From: Felis catus
Taxonomy: Eukaryota
Length of the DNA stretch: 64,000 bases
Assembly: GCF_018350175.1 (NCBI RefSeq)
Contig: NC_058368.1
Location: 22,260,001 to 22,324,000, forward strand
Direction of reading: 5' to 3'
Position numbers and translations under genes: made by a program. How positions within the stretch are numbered: the first letter of the stretch is position 1; each line of letters begins with the position of its first letter. The notes beneath the pieces were generated by a model. It searched no databases, was not told where the DNA came from, and saw nothing but the letters and a program-made list of their open reading frames with translations. Of this stretch, positions 37,374-49,915 are shown piece after piece.

Positions 37374-39963
37374 AAAAAAGAAAGCCTAGAAACAGGAAAA
37401 AAAAAAACCCAAAACATAAACACAACCAGGCAGACTAGGACCAAGAAAGTGTAGAGAACTGTTCCACTTCAAGTAACCATCTGAACAGCCAGTAGCTTTA
37501 GGGTGAGGCTGGGGGCACAAAACTATCTGCTAAGTCCAGCTGTTGACAAATAACCAACCATGTAGACACTGAATTTTATATTAACAGGGTACACCAATGG
37601 TGATGATTAAAATAAAATCAACAAATTGTGGGAAAAAAAAGATAAAATACAATACAAATTAGTCTTTGTTAAAAAAAATTAAAACAAAGATAAGACAATG
37701 AAATAGAATTAAATAGGGCTATCAGCATAGATCTGACCATCTAACCACATATGCCACACAATTTCTAGTGAGACAAAGCTCTGTTTTCCCCCCTTTATTG
37801 AACACAAACATAATTAAAAGGGGCTGCAGAAAAAGGAGGTTGTATTTACTATCTGTGTTCTCCATCAGAATATATGATAAATGACAAATCTGTTCTGCTT
37901 ACCATCTTCTTCCTAACACCTGGAACAAGTCCTAGATATGGCAGATGCTCAAAGAAATTTGCTGAATCAATGATATGATCAGAAATAATGTATTCCATTA
38001 GTTCTACTAGAATGCCACATTACCTTCTCCCCCCTCTTAACACCACCATGCTATTAGAATTCTGTAACTTCCTCAACTTTTACAACCTTTGCTTATGCTT
38101 AATTTTTAGCAACCTACTTCTATGGCTTCACCCTGAACCTAAAACTATTCCCACTTTAAGTTATTAAATAATAATATAGGTATTTCTGGCCACTCATTCA
38201 ACAGATATTTATTTTTATACTTAACTATACATACATACACAATAATGTCAGTAAGTAACCACAACCTTTCTCTCCAACTCCTATTATAACTCTTTATCCT
38301 CACCTAAACATCTTAAGCCCCACTACCTTGCAGTCCCTTACACTGCTGCTCATGGCTTTCAGCTGTTCTCCCAAGGAGAGACAGAGAAGACAGAGATCAG
38401 ACAGGTATGTAAAATCTTTGAAAAAAGTAGGCCTCACTGCTGTGTGCTGACATAAAAGCAAAGTGAAACCCCAAGTCCAGCTCAAAGGAGTAATCTGAAA
38501 ATTTTCCTGAAGTTGACACAGCCCCTTTCCCCACATTATGAGATCTACAATCCCCTTCCTGTTAGGTACTCTCTCATCACCATAACAACACACATTCCAT
38601 AAAAAAACAAGGGGGTCATTAAAGAAAGGCAGGAGAGAACTTTTGATGCGGCTTTTCAGGCATCCCATTCAGGTAGTCTATAATCTTTTCTTGATAAATC
38701 ATTAATTTCATCACTAAAATATCAAGTGTTATTCTGTGCTGCAATGCTCTTCAGGTCTCTAAGTTAGTATAATTTGCCAGTAAATTAAGTTCCTTCTACT
38801 CCTATCACCATCTGTTTTCTGTGTCTGAGTTTGCTTTGTGTTTTGAGTTTTATAGTTTTTGTTTCCCCATTTGATATCTTAGTTCAGTTGGCACATATTT
38901 CTGCTTCTGCTGAAGCAGGTCAGTCTCTCACAAGCTTCCCTTTCTTGTTAAACTATAAAGCTCATTAAGGTTATATCTAAAATTACGTTTGTAATTTTGT
39001 AGTTCATCAAAAGGCTAAAGGGAAATACATGTTTACAGAGTGTGACTCTAGGTTATAACATTCAGTGCAATTCTTTTTCCTGCCCTATTCTTACCCTTTC
39101 CAAGTTTTTTACATAATCATGATCAGAAAAATATATATTTAAAATATACAACTATACTTATGCATTATCACTGAATACATTTTCTATTTTCTATTAGCTT
39201 GTTCGTAAAATTAATGTTCCTTTATATTTAAGAATCTAGTGAACAATTTTTCTTTCTGCATATCATTTTAACTAGTTTTAGGTCTCTCATATTGGACAGT
39301 ATCTTATATAGTTTCATGGTTAATAAAAAATGCTTTTTAAAAAGTAATGATTTCTAAAAATGAGGATTCATTTTCTGACCCAACAATATAAGTTATGTAA
39401 CTAAAAATTAAGTGACTATTTTAAGAACTATTTTTGTTCACTAGTGGCAAAGGGGGAAAACTGTCTTTAGGAACTCTATGCCTCTCAAGGCAAGGGCATT
39501 TTACATTTTTATCATAGCAACCTTCTTTTCAAAACTTAAGGTAAACAGAATAAATGCAGGTTCCCATTACTTTTGAGTAGAATGCTGAAGTATAGAGCAA
39601 TAAAGTACAAAGATTATAAAATAAACAATAATATAGAAGTCTTGAATAAGATTACAGAGGAAGTACAGTACAATATTAGCAACTTTAACATTAATAGGTT
39701 TGGGTTTTGCAAATCTCAAATGAGAAAAACAGAACCAATTATTCCTTAAGTTACTGATACCCTGTCTAATGTTGTTAAAAATGAAGTTAAAATATATGTA
39801 TGAGTAAATGATGAGTTAGTATCTGAAGTGCTTCTAAACTTAATAGGGGCATGCCATTGGTGCAAACATCACAAATTTAAAGGCTGATATATCCTAGGTA
39901 AATCATAATTTCTTCGTATGTTTTTCCCGTAAGTAATTTTGTTTAATCTTGATCTTAATCTTG

Positions 39964-40780
39964 CGCAGCTCAGGCAGTTAAGCGTCTGAGACTTTGACTC
40001 AGGTCATGATCTCCTGGTTCGTGGGTTCGAACCTTGTGTTGGGCTCTGTGCTTAAAGCTCAGAGCCTGGAGCCTGCTTTGGATTCTGTTGTCCCCTCTCT
40101 GTCTGCCCCTCCCTTGCTTGTGCTCTCTCTCTCTCTCTCCCAAAAGTAAATATTAAAAAATTAAAAAAAAATCTTGATCTTAATCTTAAATTAAGATCTA
40201 TGTACCTTTGGGACCTTTTACTTTTCTGCCCCAATATGCTCTAAGGTATCTAATATTATTATTTCCTCAGCAAAAGAGCTAAACAATCCCAACACTGGAT
40301 TTTTATTTCTGTAGTCCTTACTTGCTTGACCTAACTTTTTAGGATGCATAAATTTGCTGAATCCTATTAGTATGTATTTTAATTACATGATAACACAGCA
40401 AACATACATTTTTGGCCCTCTTTAGATCACTGCCTTTCACCAAAAGATACACATACATATAGCAAGGATTAGAGACAATGAAACCTGTTGCAAAAAAAGA
40501 AGATAACTGCATAAAAGTCTAAAAGAAGGCCATAGATGACAAATATTAATGCATTTAAATTTAAAAAATTTATGTTTATTTATATTTATATTTATTTTTG
40601 AGACAGCGCGTGTGTGAGTAGGAGAGGGGCAGAAAGAGAGGAAGGCATAGAATAAGCAGGTTCCAGGCTCTGAGCTGTCAGCACAGAGCCCGATGCAGAG
40701 CACGAACCCAGGAACCATGAGATCATGACCTGAGTTGAAGCTGGACGTTTAACCAACTGAGCCACCCAGGTGAGGTGTTC
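39964..40780. mobile_element. CAN-SINEs 39964-40170 (+) and 40568-40780 (-)
   Basis: The first is flanked by TSD aatcttgatcttaatctt. Confidence 0.88.
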
Positions 40781-41542
40781 CAGGATTCACGCACTTAGCA
40801 TGTGTGCCATTTGGTTCCTGCTGAGCCACATGCAACCTATACTTATTATAGCTATTTATGTGTCTTAACATTTGGCTCAACTCCCAGGTTCCATATTTGC
40901 TAAGAAAATTATGTTTCCTTATGTGCCAAATTTTGGACAATTACTAAGTGCTTAGCTGTGCCCAGAACCTGGCTCTTAATAACTATTTTCTAACTTTAGA
41001 AATCGTGGATGCTAGGAAATGGGGGGTTATTTTGACAGTGATGTCAAAATGCTAGAATCCAGTTTTGCATAGTGAGTACTTAGATTATTTCCATAATGAT
41101 GAGATTATAGATTTTTGTCTCTTGATTAGCTCTGTGTACTTGAAAATGATACATTTCCTAGAGACAGTCTTAATCTTAAATTAAGGTAGATAACAGTAGC
41201 CGCACTAGCCTCACATAATCCTTCCAGTAAGATTATTGTTAAGTTTATTCACTTATTTGACAAATATTTATGAAATATCAACCGCATCTGAGTTATTCCT
41301 AGAACAAAAGTAGTTAAAAGGAAGCTCCTATCCTGAAGGAATGTAAAATCCCAAAAAATCCCACAATTATAATACTGGTGGCATGTAATATATAACTAAG
41401 AGGGGGTACAAATAATTTGACCTAGGTCCTCAAGGATGGGTAGATTTTCTATAGGCAGAAATGAGCAAATGAGTAGCATTCCTCAGACAATAGCTTTAAC
41501 AAAACCATGGAGAAAGGAAAATATCAGGTGAGCGTGTGAATA

Positions 41543-44284
41543 TAGGCATACCTTATTTTATTGTGCTGTGCTTTACTGAGCTTTGCAAATAAATACTGCA
41601 TTTTTTCAAAAACTGGAAGCCTGTGGCAACCATATGGCAAATAAGTCTATTGGTGCCATTCTTCCAACAGCATTTGCTCATTTGGAGTTTCTGTGTCACA
41701 TTTTGGTAATTCTCACAATATTTCAAACATTTTCTTTTCTTTTCTTTCTTTTAAAGTAGGCTCTACACCTGATGTGGAGCTTGAACTCATGACCTTAAGA
41801 ACAAGAGTTGCGTGCTCTACTGACAGAGACAGCCAGGCACCTCTTAAGCGTTTTCATTATTATTATATTTGCTAAGGTGATCAGTGATATTACTACTGTA
41901 TTGTCTGGGGTGCTATGAACTGCACTGCATCCACATATGGCAGATTTAACTAATAAATGTTGTTGTGAGTTCTGACTGCTCCATCAAACGGCTGTTCCCC
42001 CATCTGCTATCTCCATCTCCTCAGGTCTCCCTATTTCCCAAGACACAACAATATTGAAGTTAGGCCAATTATAACCCTAAAATGGCCTCTAAGTGTTCAA
42101 GTGAAAGGAAGAGTCACATGTTTCTCACTTTAAATAAAAAGATAGAAGCGATTAAGTTCAGGAAGGAAGTCCTGTTGAAAGCCAACCTAGGCCAAAAGTT
42201 AGGCCTCTTGTACTAAACGGTTAGCAAAGTTGTGAATGCAAAGGAAAAGTTCTTGAATGAAATTAAAAGTGCTACTGCAGTGAACACACGAATGGTAAGA
42301 AAGCGAACAGCCTTATTGCTGCTATGAAGAAGTTTTAGTGGTCTGAATAAAGGATCAGACTAGCCACGACATTTCCTTTAAGCCAAACTTAATCCAGGGT
42401 ACAGCTCTCTCTTCAATTCTAAGAAGGCTGAGAGGAATGAGGAAGCTGCAGAAGAAAAGTCTGAAGCTAGGAGAGGTTAGGTCATGTGGTTTAAGTAAAG
42501 AAGCCATCTCTATTACACAAAAGTACAAAGGGAAGCAGAAGTGCCATACAGAAGCTGCAAGTCATTCAGAGTATCTAGCTAAAGATAATTAATGAAGGTG
42601 GCTAATAAAACAACAGATTTTCAACATAGATGAAACAGCCATCTATTGGAAGAAAATGCCATCTAGGACTTCCACAGCTAGAGAGAAGTTGATGCCTGTC
42701 TTTAAGGCTTCAAAGGACAGGCTGACTCTCCTGTTGGGGGCTAATGCAGCTGGTGACTTTAAGTTGAAGCCAATGCTCATTGACCATTCCAAAAATCCTA
42801 GGGCTCTTAAGAATTACGCTAAATCTACTGTGCTCTATAAGTGGAACAATAAAGCCTGGATAATAGCACATCTGTTTACAACATGGTTTACTGAATTATT
42901 TTAAGTCCACTGTTGAGACCTTACTGCTCAGAAAAAATTCCTTTTAAAATATTACTGCCCACTGACAATGCACCTTGTCAGCCAAGAGCATTGATGGAGA
43001 TGTACAATGAGATTAATGTCGTTTTCACGTGTGCTAACACAACATCCATTCTGCAGCCCGTGGATCAAGGAGTAATTTTGACTTTCAAGTCTTATTATTT
43101 AAGAAATACTTTTTGTAAGGCTATAGCTGCCATAGATAGTGATTCCTCTAATGGATCTGGGCAAAGTAAATTGAAAACCTTCAGGAAAGGATTCACCATT
43201 CTAGATGCCATGAAGAATGTTCATGATTAAAAAAAAAAAGAACAACATTCATGATTCATGGGAAGAGGTCAAAATATCAACATTAACAGGAGTTTGGAAG
43301 AAGGTGATTTCAACCCTCATGGATGACTTTCAAGGGTTCAAGACATCAGTGGAGAAGTAACTGCAGAGGTGGGAGAAACAGCAGGAGAGCCACAACTAGA
43401 AGCAGAGCCTGAAGATGGGACTGAAATGCTGCAATCCCACAACAAAGTTTTAATGGACAAGGAGCTGCTTTCTATGGATGAACAAAAATAAGTGAGTTCT
43501 TGAGATGGAATCTACTCCTGATGAAGATGCTGTAAAGACTGTTAAAATGACAACAAAAGATTCAGAATTTTACATAAACGTAGTTTATGAAGCAAGCAGT
43601 GGTAGAGTTTAAGAGAAATGACTGATTTTGAAAGAAGTTCTACTGTGGGTAAAATATACTATCAAACAGCATCACATACTACAGACAAATTGTTAGTGGA
43701 AAAAAAAAGAGTCCATCAATGTGGTAAACTTCACTGTTGTCATATTTTAAGATTGCCATAGCCACCCCAACCTTCAGGAAGCAACACCCCGATCAGTTAG
43801 GAGCCATCAACATCAAGGCAAGACCCTCCACCAGCAAAATGATTACAACTGACTGAAAGCTCAGATGATAGTTAGCATTTTCTAACAAAATATTTTTAAA
43901 TAAAATTATGTACACTTTTTAAGACAAAATGCTATTGTGCACTTAACAGACTACAATATAGTGTAAACATACATATTTTTTTTTATTTTAGAAAGAGAGG
44001 TGAGGGGAGAGGGGCAAGAAGGAGGGAGGGAGGGAGGGAGGGAGAGAGAGAGAGAGAGAGAGAGAGGGAATATCTTAAGTAGGCTCCACCCTCAGTGCAG
44101 AGCATGAAGCAGGGCTCAATCCCATGAGCCTGGGCTCATGACCCGAGTGCAAATCAAGAGTCAAAGGTTCAAAACCTAGGCGCTCCATAAATGTAACTTT
44201 TATGTGCACTGGGAAATCAAACAATTCACTTGACTCCCTTTATTGCAATATTTGCTTTATTGGGGTGATCTGGATACTTGCCTG
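41543..44284 (+). mobile_element. Near full-length Tigger1 DNA transposon with a decayed transposase; SINEs nested at ~41730-41843 and ~43976-44186
   Basis: TA|TAGGCATACC left TIR and degenerate right end ...tacttgcctg; ORF pieces 42656..42904 and 42913..43230 carry pogo-family motifs (DETA just upstream, [30 protein letters not shown]). Confidence 0.95.
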
Positions 44285-44499
44285 CAAAAATGGATATGCA
44301 ATTAGACATACCAAGAAAGGGGTACAAACGCATACTAAAACAGAACTGTGTAAGACCTTATTTATGTCAAGAAATCTAGACTTCATTGAGTGAACAAGCT
44401 AACTAAAGGTACTTTATAGGTACAGAAATGAGAAGATAAAAGAAATAATACAAGAAAATTATTCTAGTGGCTCTTGGCCTAAATAAAGCTAAAGAACCT

Positions 44500-45070
44500 C
44501 AACTTGGATGATTATTTGATTGATTTACAAATATTTATTGGGTCCCTACTATACGACTGATGCTGTTCTCAGCATTGAGGAAATAAAGTTATGAGTCCTA
44601 TATGATTTGGTCCTGTTCCCTCCCTGACCTCATTACTTACTATACTACTTTGAGGACTCAGTAGTGCCAGAGTGGCCAGCTTGCCATTCCCAGGCATGTT
44701 CTCATCTTGGGCCATTTGCACTGGTTATTTCTCAGAATCCTCTTCTTCCACCCCACCAAAATACATGGCTAACTCCTACCTGTCCTTCAACACTTGGTTC
44801 AAATGTCACCTTTCCCATGATGCCTATTCTGACTACCCTATTTTAAAATGTAACCAGCTCTGTTTTCTTTCCTTGTCTAACCCCATCACTTACCAACAAA
44901 CACATGACATAATTTATCCATGTATTATGCTTATTGTTTTCTTCTCTCCACAAGAATGTTAACTACACAGAGACAGAGATCTGTGTCTCTTATTCATGGG
45001 TATTTCATAATTATGTAGAAGACTGCCTGACATATATGAGCACTCAATATATATTTGTTGAACACTGCTA
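44500..45070. mobile_element. L2 fragments
   Basis: ggccatttgcactggttatttc...tcaaatgtcacctttcc...actcaatatatatttgttgaa L2 3' end. Confidence 0.7.
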
Positions 45071-46579
45071 AGTACAGGAACTGTTAAGAGTTCATGATCT
45101 TCTCAGGAGAGAAAAATAATTAAGCAGTGTGAGAAATTCATCAAAAGAGGGATATACATAGTCTGCCATGAGAACCCAAAAGGAGAGGCACCTGGAAACA
45201 TTCAAGGAAATCTACTTTTAGAAGGTCATGATTAAATGAAATGACAAGGGTAGGAATTTGCCATAAAAATAAAAGGTATTGTTACTGGAGAGAACAGCAG
45301 GATACTCTTTAGTTGCACCAAAATAAATTGTCAGTAGCACCAAATACATCTTTATATCACTAGCACCAAATACGGAGCTTAGTACATGGTACATTCAATA
45401 CATGTTTGTTGAACTGAACTACACCAGAGAGAAAAGACCAGATATGGTCTTTATGTAAGTAGAGAAAGGTCTGAGAAGGAACAATTAGAAAAGCAGAAAG
45501 AATCAGGACAGCATTATGTCAAGGAAATCCAGGGTAAATCCTAACAATGGTGTCAAATGTTTAGGGGTCAAAGAGGATTATGTTGGAAAAAAGGCTTTGA
45601 GTTTGGTACGTATCAGAGAGCAGATTTAGCAGGATATTATAGACAGAATGCAGACTACAATAAATTAAAGAGTCAATATGTCAAACAAAAATAGAGACAG
45701 CTCCTGAAAAGCTTACAAATACTATTCAAATGTTATCTCATATATGTTATCATGTCATCTTACAGTTAGGGCACAGGGACTTCAGGAAGTTGATTTGTCT
45801 AAGGCTATGCAGCCAGCAAGGTCTGAAATAAGACATGGATCCAGCTTTTCTGACTCTAACTCTCATACTACTTCCATTCTCTTCACCAGAATTGTCTTCT
45901 TTTGCCATTCATAGTATGGGGCTTCACAGAAAGGACAGTGAATCCACCACAATATCCTACCAATATTCTGACATAATTAGGGAGGAAGTAAGAGAGGGCC
46001 TGAAGAAAATTTCAAGTGTAAATTCTAGTGCGAAAAAAAGAAACTGAGTATTTCCAAAAAGTATTTGAGACAATGAGTGCAGACTACACAGAATCTCAGG
46101 AGCAGAAGATACTGAACACCTGAGACCTTACAATTTAATTTGGTTTGCCTGTGCAAGTAAGTTAGCTGTATCTTATTCTTTAAGTCAGAGCTTCCCAAGT
46201 GATGCATACATAGGACAGGATTATTAGGTGTGTGATGATACTAATTCCCTTAGTCCTTACAGCTGTAGGTCTATAGGTCTAAATTTTCTTCTATGTACCA
46301 TAATGTGCCACGCAATTATGATGGGTGTCTGTGAGACATGAATAAGGATGGAACACTGTCTAGGATTACTTCTAAACAAGTGATTAATTTAAAACAATGT
46401 TAGTGTAGGCCCTTTAAACCTTAAGATATTACTTACATTATTCACATTTTCAGGGAAATAAAGTTCTAGAATTAATTTCCTATTATAATTCCACCAAAGA
46501 CAAGACCAAATGATGATGCTGTCAACTTAATTTTTCCTCTTGTCCAAATATACTAAACATACTAAAATACTTGAAATAC

Positions 46580-46800
46580 GAACACCTGGATGGTTCAGTG
46601 TGTTAAGTGTCTGACTCTTGATTTTGGCTCAGGTCACAATCTCAGTTCATGGGACTGAGCACCGTATCTGGCTCTGTGTTAACGGTGCAGAGCCTACTTG
46701 GCATTCTCTCTCTCCATCTCTTTCTGCCCCTACCTCTCATGCACTCTCTCTCTCAAAACTAAATAAATACATGTTAAAAAAAAAAAAGAAATATAAAAAA
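46580..46800 (+). mobile_element. CAN-SINE (antisense to FNDC3A), about 145 nt downstream of an exon donor
   Basis: TSD aaaatacttgaaata. Confidence 0.88.
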
Positions 46801-46944
46801 AAAATACTTGAAATAGGCTTACCAAAGATATACTGTACTGGGTTAAGCTTCAGTACTGAAATGGTATTTTTTATCTGAATTAAAGTCAAAACAATAACAT
46901 TATGATCCCTATTATGTAGATATAACAAGAACATAAAAATATAC

Positions 46945-47021
46945 CTGTGGGGCGTATCCAGGAGGCACATAAATAGGAGGCACAGAACCGTTTGGGGACA
47001 TCATTGGAACCTGAGCAGGAC
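46945..47021 (-). CDS. FNDC3A: FNDC3A exon (77 nt) GPAQVPMMSPNGSVPPIYVPPGYAPQ
   Basis: tcccttcag|GT...CCA CAG|gtata; phase 1->0; peptide matches the FNDC3A proline-rich N-terminus. Confidence 0.96.
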
Positions 47022-48239
47022 CTGAAGGGATCACAGAAATGATGTGTTAATCCAGGATTACTTAGCAAGCTAAAGTTGAAAACAATTTGAGTTAGACTTT
47101 GAATACTTCATCTAAACTAAACACTCAAATTAACAGTAACTGTGTTACTATGAAAAGAAATTCAGATGATTCACCTGCTATAAAACATAAAAGTTTATCC
47201 TGTAAAGTACAATGAGTATTATTTACCTGCAGTTGTATTTCTCAAACCCTTCTGGTGATCACAACAGCCACTTGGGGAGCTTTCTAAAACATCAATTTCC
47301 AGGTTCTTCTAGAGATTCCCATTTATTATACTTACAGTGGCGTCTTGAGTCAGTGTATTTACTCTACAAATATACCTAGTGAATCTTATGATTGTGCAAA
47401 TTCAGAAACACTGACCAGAATCAAACTAAACTGTGCATATAAATCAGTGAAAAATATAAAAAGCAATATTTTGAAAAACAATAGAAAAAAAAGTCAAGAG
47501 GGAAAAGCAGTAAAAGGAAGAAGATATTTGGGATTTGCTTTGTTAGTGTTCAAAGCCTCTTGTGTAATGTGTAAGTCAGGTCTGTGGAGGTTTGAGAACA
47601 GTTAGAAAAATCCTATACATGCATATTTAGCCAAGGAACAATTTTTGTTTCTTACAGTCAAAAGTTCTGGGGAAAAAAAAAAAAAGGAAAATTCAGCTTG
47701 TCCCATTCTATATTTTCTTTCATTTTTACTGTTACCCTTTCCAGATAACTTTCATAAAGATTATCTTATTTATCTCCTCTCTTAATGTTTGTGGGATAAA
47801 ACAGGCACATTTGTAAAATGTGTTTATTTTTTCTAGTAACTCAAATCTTGTTTTATGCGACTTTTTGAAAGAAGCATCTCACTTTCAGATCCTTTTCTCT
47901 TTGTAACTTTAGACTGCATTGTCCCCTCACCCACTAGTTTTTAATAACTTGAGATTAAACATTATCAAAGAGCCTCACTCATTTCTTAGGAATAAAGGTA
48001 CCCAAGAATCTAATGAAGAATGTAATGGGGGAAGAGTTCTTTTTATATGTGGAATTTCAACCTGCAGAGTACATATAATGGGTATCAATTATTTAAAAAA
48101 AAAAAAGGGAGAAAAAACTTAATCATAGGGCAGAAAAGAAATAAATTTCACTGGTAACATTACACATACTTCAGGAAAACAGAATGAAGAGCATGGAGGT
48201 TACAGCAAATCCAGATTACAGCCACTCTCCTCTCTTAGG

Positions 48240-48620
48240 CAAGGAGGGGAGTAACAACCAAACAACAAAGTGGTTCGTGGTGGGGACAGGGGAAAGGAAG
48301 TGAGTGGTAAGAAGGAAAGAGAAAAGAGAATGCAGGAAAAGGGGGGGGCGGTACATGAGGGTAAATGCTAAGGGGAGGGAGGAGAAAAGAAGGGATGGAG
48401 GAGAAATACAGGCATAAGAGGAGGGGAGGGGGCAAAGAAGGAAGAGATAACAGGAGAAAGGGAAGGGTAAAGAAGACAAGAGAGTGAAGAAAGCTCAAAT
48501 GGGGTGGGGGGGGGCGGGGAAAGAAAGAGGTGGAAGATGGAAGGGAGAGACAAAAGAAAGAAGAGGAAGGGAGAGAAAAGGTTAAAGACTCAAGTGGTTA
48601 GGAGGAAGTAAGGAGTGTAT
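48240..48620. repeat. GA-rich (polypurine/polypyrimidine) low-complexity tract
   Basis: About 380 bp almost entirely A/G on the + strand, with several G-runs. Confidence 0.9.
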
Positions 48621-49451
48621 AGGTACGTGCCTGTGCGGGGGGGCAGACTACCAAATTATGTTCTATATGACTATAAAAATAACTTTTTCAACAAAATAAT
48701 CTTCCCTTCCAAGACAAGCCCACCAAATATATGAAGTTGTTCAGAATATTTTCTTAGAATAGCTAATTATACATAGCTAACACTAATTTACTATGTGTTA
48801 GGTGTTTTTTGTTTTTTCTCCTCACAATCATTCTATTCCCATTTTCCAGATGTGGAAATTAAGGCAGAGAGGTTAAGCTTGCCCTAATGGTAGTATAAAG
48901 ATCAAAAACCAGGCAGTTTCATTTAAGGATATATCTCTACAACATATTTAGTGAACATTTAAATACTATGCATTAGTGCAACTGATGTAATTTGAGACTT
49001 AAGAACTACGCTCCAATGTTTCTAAGGAAAATTAAGTTCTTCATTATCTTAAAAAAATAAAGAGTAAGAAAGAACAGGATTTTCCTACATTTAAGCCAAA
49101 ATTAACCAATTAATTTACAAAATAAAACTTGTGAGGGGCTTTATACCTCTAGGCCAGAAAGGCTTCATCCAAAAGTTACCTTTTAACTTCTCTATGCTGG
49201 ACTCAACAGAAAATGAGAATAGTTTTAAGATAATGCTGGTTTACATCTATTGGCTAATTCATATAAAACTACAGTAAACTAGTTTTTTGAAACCTGAGTA
49301 CTGGCGTAGGTATTATTTATAGCATGTGAAATTTAGCTGGGAACTAGGACAATTCACTGAAAATTCTATTTGCAATTTTAGTAAAGGAAATTAGTATTTT
49401 TTGAGCTTCTACCAAATGTGCCAGGGGCTGTGGTTCCTTTCACATGTCAAA

Positions 49452-49915
49452 TTTAATTTTTTTTTAACGTTTATTCATTTTTTGAGAAAAAGAGAGAGCA
49501 CAAGTGGTGGTTGGCGGGGGGTGGGGGGGTGGCATAGAGAGAGGGATACACAGAATCTGAAGCAGGCTACAGGCTCTGAGCTGTCAGTAGAGCCCCACGC
49601 AGGGCTTGAACTCATGAACTGTGAGATCACGACCTGAACCAAAGCCAGATGCTTAACTGACTGAGCCATCCAGGAATCCCTGTCAAATTAATTCTTTAAA
49701 AAAAAATTTTTTTTTAATGTTTGTTTATTTTTGAGACAGAGAGAGACAGAGCATGAATGGGGAGGGTCAGAGAGAGGGAGACACAGAACCTGAAGCAGGC
49801 TCCAGGCTCCGAGCTGTCAGCACAGAGCCCGACGCAGGGCTGGAACTCACGGACTGTGAGATCATGACCTGAGCCGAAGTCAGATGCTTAACCAACTGAG
49901 CCACCCAGGAGGCCC
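49452..49915 (-). mobile_element. Two tandem CAN-SINEs (49452-49680, 49706-49915)
   Basis: Target sequence tcaaatt(t)aatt is present three times. Confidence 0.92.

Noticed and set aside
42656..43230. Possible domesticated transposase gene (TIGD1-like)
   Set aside because: Multiple stops and frameshifts, with intact transposon context (TIRs), indicate a fossil element
47221..47235. CAG|GTAAAT donor-like site 200 nt upstream of the 77-nt exon
   Set aside because: It sits at the edge of a MER5-like relic and has no convincing matching acceptor or pyrimidine tract
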